Below, piece by piece: positions 52,940-64,000 of a stretch of DNA of 64,000 nt. Both the position numbers and the translations under genes were made by a program. The stretch covers positions 46,872,001-46,936,000 of the forward strand of contig NC_043006.1 in the NCBI RefSeq assembly GCF_006345805.1, given 5' to 3'. Each line of letters opens with the position of its first letter. Position 1 is the stretch's first letter. The notes beneath the pieces are model-generated. The model did no database searches and had not been told where the DNA came from. It saw only the letters and a list, made by a program, of their open reading frames with translations. The stretch comes from Octopus sinensis. Taxonomy: Eukaryota.

Positions 52940-54287
52940 ACTACGAAGCGGTGACAGGAGCAAAAATCAACCGGGAAAAGTCAGTGGGCTTGCGGCTCGG
53001 CACCTGGAGAAGCAAACCCATGCCGTCCACCAGTACCTCCGTCGTGGGACGCTGGACAGACGGCCCGGTTGAGTTGCTCGGGGTCTGGTTCGGTCCGGAC
53101 CTCCAAATGGAGAAGAACTGGAACGAGATAACGAGTAGGGTGGTCACTCTCGCCCAGCAATGGGCCGAGAGGAAACTGTCCCTAAAAGGTCGGGCGGAGG
53201 TGGTGAACGCGTACATCGCGTCCATCATCTACTACCGCCTGACCGTCGTACCTTGTCCCGACCCTACCATCACCAAACTAGAACGCATCCTCTTCCGCTT
53301 CTTGTGGAAAGGATGCGTCCCGATGGTCAGGCGATCCATTTGCTGTCAACACCCGTTAAAAGGAGGGCTGGGCATGCCGTGGTTGATGATGCGCAGACAC
53401 GCGCTGAGACTGCGACATCTCCGGCTCTATGTAGACGACGGTGAACAGGTGTGGTCGCCGTTTGTGAGGCACGCATTCCCGCAACTCGTCTCCATGACCG
53501 AACTACAGTCGTGGATCAAAAAGAGGCCGAAGAAGGGCGAATGGCACCGCGAGTGTCGCGTTGCTCTCAAGCAACTCTGCCGTCCCGGGTCGACCTTGAG
53601 TGACTTCAACACAACCAAAGCATTCTATAGGAGATTAGTGAGGGGAGGTACGACGACGAGCTCGGGGCAAACCTGGGCGTCGACGAGGAATACCTGACCC
53701 GCCTGTTTCAAACGACTTTCGGCCCGGGACCTATGGACAACTTCCAGAGATCCCTGGCCTGGCGGTGCTACCGAGAAGCGCTACTACCGTTCGGGATAAG
53801 CTCTATAGGCATGGCTCGAGAAACACGGGGCCGACCTGCCCGAGATGCGGGCAGAGCGACGAAACCGCTCTGCACGCAATCGTGCAGTGTCCAGCAATTT
53901 CCCACCTGTGGGCTTATGTCGAACGACTGCTGTCACGTGTGGGACGTGTCGGTTTATCAGCCGAGTCTATCGTTAATATCGTCACGCCTCCTTCCTTCAA
54001 ACGGGAAGGAAGAGCTATTTTTATCATACTTGTGGCTATGGCGAAAATGTATCTGGTGGACGCGTCTGAAAGGATTAGAGACAAACACTTTCCTCTCTGG
54101 TCACTCTCATCAACTTCTTCAAGTATCACTTGAAGAAAAAAGTGAGAGTAGAGAGGCAAGTTTTGTCTAGTGAATGTTTTAAAAAAAGATGGGTGAATGT
54201 AGCAAGGATGGCACGTATGAATGACGAAGCCACCTTGACTATGATTCTATGAACCGTAAAAATTAATACAGAGAGTTGCTTATTTGC

Positions 54288-54320
<33 letters not shown>

Positions 54321-54710
54321 CATGTGACTTCATTGACCGAGGTTACCGTGGTCTTTTCCGTAGGCTTTTCTTTCCACGGGTAAACCTCACCTGTCCCCCT
54401 CTTTACACTTCATATTGACATTTCTGTGATAACGATCCCTATTGATCAATTTTTTTCCTCCCCCCCTTTTTTTTTAACCCCCCCCTTTTTTTTGTCCCCT
54501 TTCTCTCCTTTTACGATCCCTTTTGATCGACCCCCCTTTTTTATTTTATTTTTATTTTATTTTCTTTTTTTTTTTTTTTTTTTCTTTTTTTATTTTTTTT
54601 CTTTTATTTTTTATTTATTTATTTTTTTTTTTTTTAAACCTTCAAAAGAAAAGCTCTACCTTGTAATTTGTTCTATCTGTGTGCAGCCCTGTGTGGCTAA
54701 TAGAGAAACA

Positions 54711-54712
<2 letters not shown>
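52940..54712 (+). mobile_element. Tx1/L1-type LINE, copy A (5'-truncated within RT)
   Basis: Homologous to 58739-60454 with several frameshifts; ends GCTAATAGAGAAACATA then (TCTA)17. Confidence 0.95.
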
Positions 54713-54780
<68 letters not shown>

Positions 54781-55305
54781 GGAAAGTGAGAGTAGAGAGG
54801 CAAGTTTTGTCTAGCGAATGTTTTAAAAAAAGATGGGTGAATGTAGCAAGAATGGCACGTATGAATGACGAAGCCACCTTGAGCATAGTCCTATGAACCC
54901 AGAAATCGAAAACAGAGAGTTGCTTATTTGCAAAAAAAAAAAAAAAAAAAAAAAAAAAAGAAATATAAAATGTGACTTCATTGACCGAGGTTACCGTGGT
55001 CTTTTCCGCAGGCTTTTCTTCCCACGGTAAACCTCACCTGTCCTCCCCTTTACACTTCATATTGACATTTCTGTGATAACGATCCCTATTGATCATTTTT
55101 TTTTCCTCTCCCCCTTTTTTTTTTTTTTTTTTAACCCCCCCTTATTTTTGTCCTCTTTCTCTCCTTTTACGATCCCTTTTGATCGAACCTCCCCCTTCCT
55201 TTTTTTTTTTTTTTTTTCTTTTTTTTTTTAATACCTTCAAAAGAAAAGCTCTACCTTGTAATTTGTTCTATCTGTGTGCAGCCCTGTGTGGCTAATAAAG
55301 AAACA

Positions 55306-55307
<2 letters not shown>
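54781..55307 (+). mobile_element. Tx1/L1-type LINE, copy B (last ~38 codons plus 3'UTR)
   Basis: Homologous to 59939-60454; preceded by (TCTA)17 and followed by (TCTA)18. Confidence 0.95.
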
Positions 55308-55382
<75 letters not shown>

Positions 55383-56586
55383 GTTTTTCCACATTGGAGC
55401 TGCATTCGGACGACTTGGTAATGATACCAGTCTATTTAAACAAAAGGGTCACGAAAGTCCAAATAAAAAACATACCATTTGATGTCGAAACACAATGGTT
55501 GGTCTCTGCCATCTGCTTTGAAATGTCAGAGACAATGTCAGAGACAAACATCCTGGAAATCGCGGTTCTAGGAGAGAAAGACTATGTGGGCAAATCAATC
55601 GAATTCCTGCTTCAATTGGATGAAGCAGCAAGAGAGAAGATACCCACCTCTATAGAACTGCCAGGAGGCTACAAACTCTATATAGTGGTAGAGGGCAGGC
55701 GACCACGCTGCTATTTGTGTGGAAGCGAAACACACTTGAAAAAGACGTGCCCAACCACTGCACACCAAGAGCAACAACAACAACCACTACCACAACCAAA
55801 GCACTCCGGAAAAAAAGCTCTCTACTACCCACACCCACCATCAACACAGAAGACGACAAGAGAAGCACACACAAGCTAATCCGTCTCATCAACCAAAACC
55901 ACTCGACACCTGAAAAAATACCAACACCACCATCAACAGCAAAACCCAAAGGAACAGAAAAACAAAGAAAACACACACAAACTGATCCCCCATCCCTTAT
56001 ACCGCACTCAACACACACACACTCAACAACCAACAACAACGAAAACAACAACACAACCACTTACACAGACATACATAGAAGCCCACAACATACCCCTACC
56101 CCCTTCTGATTCCTCAGAAATTTCGTCGGAAGACGAAACCAGTGAGGAATGGCAAATAGCTACAATAAGAAGGAAAATAAAGAGCAGAAACACAACCAAA
56201 CAAATGCAAACACGAACAAAGCAGGGGGAATACATCTCCCGAAGACATTTCAAAACCCAACGCAAACAACAGCCACACACAACACCACAAAAACATATAC
56301 AGCAAACATGCTCACAGCCATAGACACCAAAAACACAAATTTGATGGAATACATCCAATCAAAAACAAACATAACAGAAGATGACATAAAAACAAACAAT
56401 CACCCATACACAACACCACCAGACCACATCAAAATATTACACATCTCCAAAAGTCTGCACCACACACTCAAAGGCATTTTCCCCAGTGCGGTTGGTAAAT
56501 GCCAAAAATATCTCACAAAGAAACTGTACTGGGATCTTCTCGAGGACAAACCAACGGAGGAGAAAGCAAAAACTTTCGAGCAGTAA
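55383..56586 (+). pseudogene. ORF1 (gag-like nucleic-acid-binding protein), frameshifted and 5'-truncated
   Basis: VVEGRRPRCYLCGSETHLKKTCP is C-x2-C-x4-H-x4-C. A T/P/N-rich linker is split over several frames; stop at 56584-56586. Confidence 0.8.
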
Positions 56587-56617
56587 GTAACCCTCTGTAT
56601 TCTAATTCATTAGAACT

Positions 56618-58366
56618 ATGATCAAGATTGGTTGTGTAAATGCGCGTGGCTTGGGGTCCCCTTGGAAACAAGGGTACCTCTTAAATGACATAAAGTCACA
56701 TAAGTTAGAAATCATAGCCATAAGCGAGACCAGACTCCACAATCCGCGGGCCCTAAAGACCATGTTTGGCGGACAGTTCAACATTTATTTTTTCCCCTGT
56801 CTGCCGAGAATGGGCGGTAGTGGCACCGCGGTACTTTTTCACAAGAGTCTGGATCTCAATGTAAGGACAATATTCGTAGACCCGGAGGGTAGACTGGTCG
56901 TCCTGGATGTCGACGGCAGCAATGGGTGCGCTTTTCGACTCGTATCAGTTTACGCACCGCCCTTAACAGGTCGGGCGGATTTCTTTCAACGTCTAGAAGT
57001 TTTCTTGGGAACGTCTCGTCCTTTACTCTTAGTGGGGGATTGGAATGCTACCTTGGACACGCATGTAGACTACGTGGGTAGAGATAGGAATAGACGGGGA
57101 TGCAAATGCCTCAGAGACCTGCTCAGACGCTTTCAACTGTCTGACAGGTTCCGACTAGACCACCCGAATGCGCCAACGTGGACATGGAGCAACCGCATCG
57201 GGTCGTCGAGATCGTATCTAGATAGGATACTGTGTAGGACAGTAGATAGAGATAGCATAGGATGTCCACAATTCCACATAGTCAGCTACACGGATCACAA
57301 ACTTGTGACATGTACGCTAGACTTAGGTAAGACACTTAGGCAGGGTCCCGGATACTGGAAACTAAACGCGTCTTTCCCATCGAGACAAGTTTTCAGAGAC
57401 CGGATTAGCACACTAGTAAAGAGGGCTTTGACGGGAGCCATCATCAACAACAAATGGTGGTTTGCCCTCAAGAGAGCAGTAAAAGCAGAAGCGATTAGGT
57501 ACAGCAAAGCACTAGCCATAGATAGAAATAGAGTAGAGGGTGAGCTAGTTAAGAAGCTAGAAGAGGCAATTAGAAGCGGCATCGCATCCGACGTTTTGGC
57601 GGCGAGGTTGGCCCTCGACCAACACTTCAACGCCAAACACGAAGGATGTGCTGTCAGAGCTAGGATGCGTGCTCTAAGGAACGAAGGTGTTGGAGCCGCG
57701 AGAGAGGCCCGGGTGGCAGAGGCGCAACAGGGCAACAAAGCCACCATTCGGTCACTGGTAGATGAACAGGGGCGCGAATTGCTCGAGCCAAGTAAAATGT
57801 GTGAGGCCTTTCAGCAGCATTTTGCCCGACTGTTCGGAACGAGTGGAGGGCAAGAACGTAGGGTGGACTTCAGTGCCTACCTACATAGCCTACCACGACT
57901 CTCGACAAGAAAGGCAGGGTGCTGCGAAGGTGCCATCACGGCGGCGGAAGTGCGGGAAGCGATGGCAGAATGCTCGAGGGACAAATCACCGGGTTTGGAT
58001 GGTCTACCCTACGAGCTTTACAATTGTATGCCAGACTTGTTTGGAGATCTCTTGGCGGCGGTGTACTGCAACTGGCAGCAAAACGGGAGCATTCCTGGTT
58101 TTGTGAGCCGAGGAGCCGTAACACTGCTGAAGAAAGATCTAAACAAGGGAAATGTAATAGATAACTTTAGGCCCATCACTCTGCTTAATGCAGACTTGAA
58201 AATTTTGGCCAAGGTGCTAGCCAAGAGGTTGGCGCTTGTCATCGAGAAACTGGTCGACAAGGCGCAAACATGCGCCGTGCCAGGCCGGACCATCCATGAC
58301 AACCTCCATCTGATGCGCTACATCATAGACAGGGTAGTTAACGAACCTGGCATGGAGGGGCCCTGA
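56618..58366 (+). CDS. ORF2 N-terminal part: AP endonuclease plus start of reverse transcriptase
   Basis: GCVNARGL, IAISET, SVYAP, LVGDWNA, YLDRIL, TDHKLV; KSPGLDG, NFRPITLLNADLKILAKVLAKRL. Ends at a 1 nt frameshift. Confidence 0.9.
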   Translation: MIKIGCVNARGLGSPWKQGYLLNDIKSHKLEIIAISETRLHNPRALKTMFGGQFNIYFFPCLPRMGGSGTAVLFHKSLDLNVRTIFVDPEGRLVVLDVDGSNGCAFRLVSVYAPPLTGRADFFQRLEVFLGTSRPLLLVGDWNATLDTHVDYVGRDRNRRGCKCLRDLLRRFQLSDRFRLDHPNAPTWTWSNRIGSSRSYLDRILCRTVDRDSIGCPQFHIVSYTDHKLVTCTLDLGKTLRQGPGYWKLNASFPSRQVFRDRISTLVKRALTGAIINNKWWFALKRAVKAEAIRYSKALAIDRNRVEGELVKKLEEAIRSGIASDVLAARLALDQHFNAKHEGCAVRARMRALRNEGVGAAREARVAEAQQGNKATIRSLVDEQGRELLEPSKMCEAFQQHFARLFGTSGGQERRVDFSAYLHSLPRLSTRKAGCCEGAITAAEVREAMAECSRDKSPGLDGLPYELYNCMPDLFGDLLAAVYCNWQQNGSIPGFVSRGAVTLLKKDLNKGNVIDNFRPITLLNADLKILAKVLAKRLALVIEKLVDKAQTCAVPGRTIHDNLHLMRYIIDRVVNEPGMEGP

Positions 58367-58371
58367 TCAAC

Positions 58372-60054
58372 TTGGATCAATCGAAAGCCTTTGATAGGGT
58401 AGACCATCGATACTTGGAGGCAGTCCTGAGAGCGGCTGGTTTCGGTCCCGTCTTCCGCGGCTGGATAGCTGCCTTGTACAGAGGCATCCGTTCGGTAATT
58501 CGCGTAAATGGACATCTATCGAGACCTTTCGACATTGCACGTTCGGTCCGTCAGGGATGCCCCCTCTCGGCGCTTCTATACGTATTGACTCTTGAGCCAC
58601 TACTGCGGAAGCTGGCGACTCTAAGGGGCATCCCGCGAGAATTGGGATGCGGGACGAGCGTGTCTGCATACGCGGACGACGTCACCGTCATAGTGTCTAG
58701 CCACGAGCACATCGAGCTGGTCGGCGAGACACTGAAAAACTACGAAGCGGTGACAGGAGCGAAAATCAACCGGGAAAAGTCAGTGGGCTTGCGACTAGGC
58801 ACCTGGAGAAGCAAGCCCATGCCGTCCACCAGCGCCTCCGTCGTGGGACGCTGGACCGACGGCCCGGTTGAGTTGCTCGGGGTCTGGTTCGGTCCGGACC
58901 TCCAAGTGGAGAAGAACTGGAACGAGATAACGAGTAGGGTGGTCACTCTCGCCCGGCAATGGGCCGAGAGGAAACTGTCCCTAAAAGGTCGAGCGGAGGT
59001 GGCGAACACGTACATCGCGTCCGTCATCTACTACCGCCTGACCGTCGTACCTTGTCCCGACCCTACCATCACCAAACTACAACGCATCCTCTTTCGCTTC
59101 TTGTGGAAAGGATGCGTCCCGATGGTCAGGCGATCCATTTGCTGTCAACACCCGTTAAAAGGAGGGCTGGGCATGCCGTGGTTGATGATGCGCAGACACG
59201 CGCTGAGACTGCGACATCTCTGGCTCTATGTAGACGACGGTGAACAGGTGTGGTCGCCGTTTGTGAGGCACGCTTTCCCGCAGCTCGTCTCCATGACCGA
59301 ACTGCAGTCGTGGATCAAAAAGAGGCCGAGGAAGGGCGAATGGCACCGCGAGTGTCGCGTTGCTCTCAAGCAACTCTGCCGTCCTGGGTCGACCTTAAGT
59401 GACTTCAACACAACCAAAGCATTCTATAGGGGTTTAGTGGAGGGGAGGTACGACGACGAGCTCGGGGCGAACCTGGACGTCGACGAGGAGTACCTGACCC
59501 GCCTGTTCGGGACGACTTTCGGGCCAGGGCCCATGGACAACTTCCAGAGATCCCTGGCCTGGCAGTGCTACCGAGAAGCGCTACCCGTTCGGGATAAGCT
59601 CTACAGACACGGCTCGAGAAACACGGGGCCGACCTGCCCGAGATGCGGTCAGAGCGACGAAACCGTTCTGCACGCACTCGTTCAGTGTCCAACAATTTCC
59701 GACCTGTGGGCTTATGTCGAACAACTGCTGTCACGTGTGGGACGAGTCGGTTTATCAGCTGAGTCTATCGTCAATATTGTCACGCCTCCTTCCTTCAAAC
59801 GGGAAGGAAGAGCTATTTTCATCATCCTTGTGGCTATGGCGAAAGAATGTATCTGGTGGACGCGTCTGAAAGGATTGGAGACAAACACTTTCCTCTCTGG
59901 TCAATCTCTCATCAACTTCTTCAAGTACCACTTGAAAAGGAAAGTGAGAGTAGAGAGGCAAGTTTTGTCTAGCGAATGTTTTAAAAAAAGATGGGTGAAT
60001 GTAGCAAGAATGGCACGTATGAATGACGAAGCCACCTTGAGCATAGTCCTATGA
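58372..60054 (+). CDS. ORF2 C-terminal part: reverse transcriptase plus Cys/His finger
   Basis: DQSKAFDRVDH, VRQGCPLS, AYADDVT, CPRCGQSDETVLHALVQC. Confidence 0.92.
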   Translation: MDQSKAFDRVDHRYLEAVLRAAGFGPVFRGWIAALYRGIRSVIRVNGHLSRPFDIARSVRQGCPLSALLYVLTLEPLLRKLATLRGIPRELGCGTSVSAYADDVTVIVSSHEHIELVGETLKNYEAVTGAKINREKSVGLRLGTWRSKPMPSTSASVVGRWTDGPVELLGVWFGPDLQVEKNWNEITSRVVTLARQWAERKLSLKGRAEVANTYIASVIYYRLTVVPCPDPTITKLQRILFRFLWKGCVPMVRRSICCQHPLKGGLGMPWLMMRRHALRLRHLWLYVDDGEQVWSPFVRHAFPQLVSMTELQSWIKKRPRKGEWHRECRVALKQLCRPGSTLSDFNTTKAFYRGLVEGRYDDELGANLDVDEEYLTRLFGTTFGPGPMDNFQRSLAWQCYREALPVRDKLYRHGSRNTGPTCPRCGQSDETVLHALVQCPTISDLWAYVEQLLSRVGRVGLSAESIVNIVTPPSFKREGRAIFIILVAMAKECIWWTRLKGLETNTFLSGQSLINFFKYHLKRKVRVERQVLSSECFKKRWVNVARMARMNDEATLSIVL

Positions 60055-60263
60055 ACCCAGAAATCGAAAACAGAGAGTTGCTTATTTGCAAAAAAAAAAA
60101 AAAAAAAAAAAAGAAATATAAAATGTGACTTCATTGACCGAGGTTACCGTGGTCTTTTCCGTAGGCTTTTCTTTCCACGGGTAAACCTCACCTGTCCTCC
60201 CCTTTACACTTCATATTGACATTTCTGTGATAACGATCCCTATTGATCAATTTTTTTTCCTCT

Positions 60264-60294
<31 letters not shown>

Positions 60295-60452
60295 CCCCCC
60301 TTTTTTTTGTCCTCTTTCTCTCCTTTTACGATCCCTTTTGATCGAAACTCCCCCTTCCTTTTTTTTTTTTTTTTTTTAAACCTTCAAAAGAAAAGCTCTA
60401 CCTTGTAATTTGTTCTATCTGTGTGCAGCCCTGTGTGGCTAATAAAGAAACA

Positions 60453-60454
<2 letters not shown>

Positions 60455-60550
<96 letters not shown>

Positions 60551-60625
60551 CCAACCAACCAACCACCAACCACCAACCAACCAACCAACCAACCTACCTA
60601 CCTACCTACCTACCTACCTATCTAC

Positions 60626-60667
<42 letters not shown>

Positions 60668-60668
60668 G
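60455..60668. repeat. Compound tetranucleotide tract (TCTA)13(TCAA)11(CCAA)~10(CCTA)7...(TCTA)9
   Basis: Counted directly. Confidence 0.95.
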
Positions 60669-60689
60669 TGTGTGCGTGTGTGTATATAT

Positions 60690-61450
60690 TACGAAAGAGG
60701 TAGCAGGGGCTTTCTCAACCCTAATGAAGGGCCAGTGATGCTTATTTTGCTCCCTCGAAAATCTGGAAAGTGTTTATCCAGCAACGCAATTTTACAAAAT
60801 AATTATTTGAAATGCGACTCAAGTCTTCACGCTCTTGTAACTTCGTTTGTGTTCCAGATTGGAGAAAATTTTCCTCCATCATCACACAATTCATTTTCCT
60901 ATAATTTTCAGCAACTATTTGACCAGTACACCTACGGGTAAAATCTCTAATTTCGCTGTGCACTTTGCAACCGGCTTCTCACTGCAGACGGCAGAGGAAT
61001 TTCCGTCAATTTGCTCCATATCTTGCCCACACGTAGTGTATTACATACGCAGGTCAGACGTCAAATTCAATAATAATTCTGATTGATTCAAAGGAACAGG
61101 GCTATTACTATGCTTAACTATCAAAAAATACGCCTGAGTCTAGCCCTTATATTTATCAAAACTTTATTCTCTTTTTTTCACTGCTTCTGCACAAGTCTTA
61201 CCTGGTTTTTGAAAACTTCCAATGAAGCGCAGTCTATTAGACTTTAGCAATTTTGCTATGACTTAGTTTTAATATCTCTATGATGACGGAGAAGTCACAA
61301 GCAAATCGTTTGCCAATAACTTAAACTGGTTTTCGTCTTGCTCTTCTTTAAGGCGATCAGTATAGATTCTTTCCAGCCACATCTTCATGATACCTTCTCT
61401 GCCATGTCTCATCTTCAGTGGGCTTTCGTTTTAAATTAGCTGGGTGAAAA
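60690..61450 (-). pseudogene. Degraded Tc1-like transposase
   Basis: Minus-strand fragments RARRKP.. and CTGQIV...KMNCVMMEENFLQS resemble Tc1 ARRKPLL and GTGxLV..G.MN....LEENLLQS. Confidence 0.55.
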
Positions 61451-62299
61451 TAAATTTCACAAAATCTATATTCACGAATTAGTTATTCATATAGTATTTG
61501 TTAGTCTCCAATCGAATGTAAACATCATGAGTGCCATCCGCCAAACCTTTGATCGGTGGTTACAAATAAGATCCCATGATCTTGGTAGTTTATACTGCTC
61601 TTTCTATTTCTAAATCCATCTAAGCTGGAGTGGCACAATATTTGCTTCACAAACTCTCATTAATACACGTCTGTGAAATTCACACCGTCCACTCCAACAT
61701 GAGCCATTCTTACGCAAATCGTAGTACACTCATACCTTTCGAACCCATATACACCTACAAATCATACATGTGACATAGACACTCACACGAACTAGAGAAC
61801 GGCGCTCGCTATGAATTTTGGGCAACAAAATCAACAAATATCTCTTACAAAAGCACATTCTTAACATGGCTCCGACCGCGGCCCGAAGTCTAAACCTTGT
61901 TTTGGCGGTAAGAACATACTTTAACATCTAATAATTATTTCGGTGATTTCCATAATGCTGTTTTGTTCTCAATTCCGGACGGTGCTACTGTCTTCATCCT
62001 TCTTCTTTCAATCAGGACTCACGCCATTAGCCACAAAGAATAATCTCTACTTCGAGCCTACTCTAAGCTACTAAGAATGCGTGTGGCAACTTGAAGATCC
62101 ACCTACCACACGCGATAGACTGGCGGTTGCACGGGCGCAAAAGATACGTTGTTATCCTTATTTCGTAAACGGTAGCTTTTAACGGGTAGAGAGCTGAACC
62201 ATCCTGGGGTACAGAGGACTCACAATCTAGACTAGGGTCTGAACGTTTACCACACCATAGTGGATTACACCATAGTTCCTCTGCTTTGTGGTAGAAGTA

Positions 62300-62486
62300 G
62301 GAAGAAAGAGAGAGAGAGAAAGTTGTGGTGAAAGAGTGTCAGCGGAGTTCACCCACCCCGCCGGAGCCTTGTGGATCTTAGGTGTTTTTGCCCAATAAAC
62401 ACTCACAATGCCCAGTCTTGGAATCGAAACCGCGTTCTTACAACCGCGAGTCTGCTGCTCTAACCGCTGGGCCATTACGCCGCCAC
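62300..62486 (-). mobile_element. SINE family 2, head and body only
   Basis: Reverse complement of the 22606-22790 sequence; neither tail A nor tail B follows. Confidence 0.8.
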
Positions 62487-62837
62487 GGGTGCTGCCGTTG
62501 CTCATACAGTTATCATACAGACCTCAATTCCTCAAATGATTCGAATAAAATCACTTACAGACGCAATCATACCTCTGACAGCCATGCTCACTTTACCTTT
62601 TGATTTTTTTGCTACTCGGAATATGTCGGTCCCACGACAACTACATTCAATAATCCGCGTCTTCATTCTCCTCTCATGTATTCACTCAATCCAGGATATA
62701 CACTAACTGTTATGACAAGCCCATACACGTCAGAAAGTCGGTTCGCTGGGAGTCCTACCTAGGCCCCGTCTTTTATGCAATTATCGATCTGTTTAGATCA
62801 AATATTACTACCATCAACTCCACTCAGCTTGGAGGGG

Positions 62838-63177
62838 CAGAGTATTTTGGTCACGACCCCTTCTTCTAGACCATAGCTTCTGCAACATATCTTTATCTAC
62901 AGACCTCTTTGATTCGTATTTTTTCCGGTGAGTACTCATAACCAAACGATGCTTAAAATATCCTACTATAATATTTATAATCAAATATTATTAGGAACTG
63001 TATTTAAAATATTGTTAAGATATTCGGTGTATTGTCGAAGTATACTCAATTTACAAAATCTTACACGGACCCCCCCAAGAACTACATATTGTGAACCACT
63101 GCTCGTGACCCAGTATGTAACGATATCAACATGAAAGAAAAAGAACACGTTTTTTCACAGAAGTTTGTCTCATTTTT
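62838..63177. repeat. Direct repeat, copy 1 (~330 bp)
   Basis: Matches 63593-63915 with scattered substitutions. Confidence 0.9.
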
Positions 63178-63592
63178 TGATCTTTTCTGTTTGAATGGCA
63201 GTTTTTAACATAATTTCTAGGTAACTAAAAAATTTTAAACTTCGTATACTGGTAGAATGTGTTTATAAAACATCTTTTTCTCTTGGCTTTATTGAGAAAA
63301 TTCTATAGTTTGTAAGATATTTGTTGTTGTCTTTCTTCAATTTCTGCAATTTCAACCAATCAGTGACGTGTATTGAGGTAAAAAACATTCTGTGCCGTAT
63401 GAATATGTCCCACGTTTAAGAAACAGATTGGGTTTATTTACATTTGTGAAGAAAAAAAGATACCCTTCCCCCCACCCTAACCCTAACCCTAAAAGAGATT
63501 GAAATGCAATAGATCGATACTAGGGGCATAATCATGGGTGACAATTTCATATGACACCGCTAGAAAAACTGCCGTTCAAATCGAAAAGATCC
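63178..63592 (+). mobile_element. Merlin-like MITE, third copy
   Basis: Colinear with 46671-47107; left TIR starts (T)GATCTTTTC; no 8 bp TSD. Confidence 0.85.
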
Positions 63593-63915
63593 TAGAATAT
63601 TTTGGCCAGAGCATTGCTTCTGAACCATATCTTTTTCTACAGACCTCTTTGATTCGTATTTTATCCAGTGGGTACTCATAACCAAACGATGCTTAAAAAA
63701 TCCTACTATAATATTTCTAATCAAATATTATTAGGAACTGTATTTAAAATATTTTAAGATATTCGGTGCATTGCCGAAGTATACTCAATTTACAAAATCT
63801 TACATGGACCTCCCAAGAACCACATGTTGTGTACCACTGCTCGTGACCCAATATGTAACGATAACAACATGAAAGAAAAAGAACACGTTTTTCACAGAAG
63901 TTTGTCTCATTTTTT
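63593..63915. repeat. Direct repeat, copy 2
   Basis: Matches 62838-63177. Confidence 0.9.
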
Positions 63916-64000
63916 ATTTAGGTCTCAATTTTGGCATTTAGATTAAATTTATATATGTGAACTACCATATCAAAGAAATACCACTTATGAAATGACCCTA

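Larger units (their letters stand above)
55383..60454 (+). mobile_element. Tx1/L1-type LINE, copy C (near full length, truncated in ORF1)
   Basis: ORF1 with a CCHC knuckle, ORF2 with APE-RT-Zn domains, ~400 bp 3'UTR ending AATAAAGAAACATA; (TCTA)n on both sides. Confidence 0.95.

Noticed and set aside
57295-59961. Antisense and alternate-frame ORFs over the LINE
   Set aside because: Shadow ORFs of GC-rich coding DNA with no motifs.
60240-60400. ENE triple-helix element in the LINE 3'UTR
   Set aside because: U-tracts are present, but there are no G-rich partners to form the flanking duplexes an ENE needs.

Overview
AT-rich, repeat-dense eukaryotic DNA. The SINE and MITE families look like those of an octopod cephalopod (my recognition, not a database result). 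No host protein-coding exon can be firmly supported; most ORFs in the track are artefacts of (TA)n/(TG)n tracts or antisense frames. The main feature is a head-to-tail array at 52.9-60.7 kb of three differently 5'-truncated copies of an L1/Tx1-type LINE (CCHC ORF1; APE-RT-Zn ORF2). Every copy is bounded on both sides by (TCTA)n, which points to a retrotransposon targeting (TCTA)n/(GATA)n microsatellites. Also present: a Penelope-like GIY-YIG remnant followed by a tRNA-like head and a hammerhead ribozyme motif; non-autonomous Helitrons with CTAG|TC head-to-tail junctions; three tRNA-headed SINE families, one sharing its 3' tail with an RTE LINE fragment; Tc1/mariner, Tc2-, Tigger- and Merlin-like DNA elements; a 4 x 478 bp tandem array; and several compound or palindromic microsatellites.
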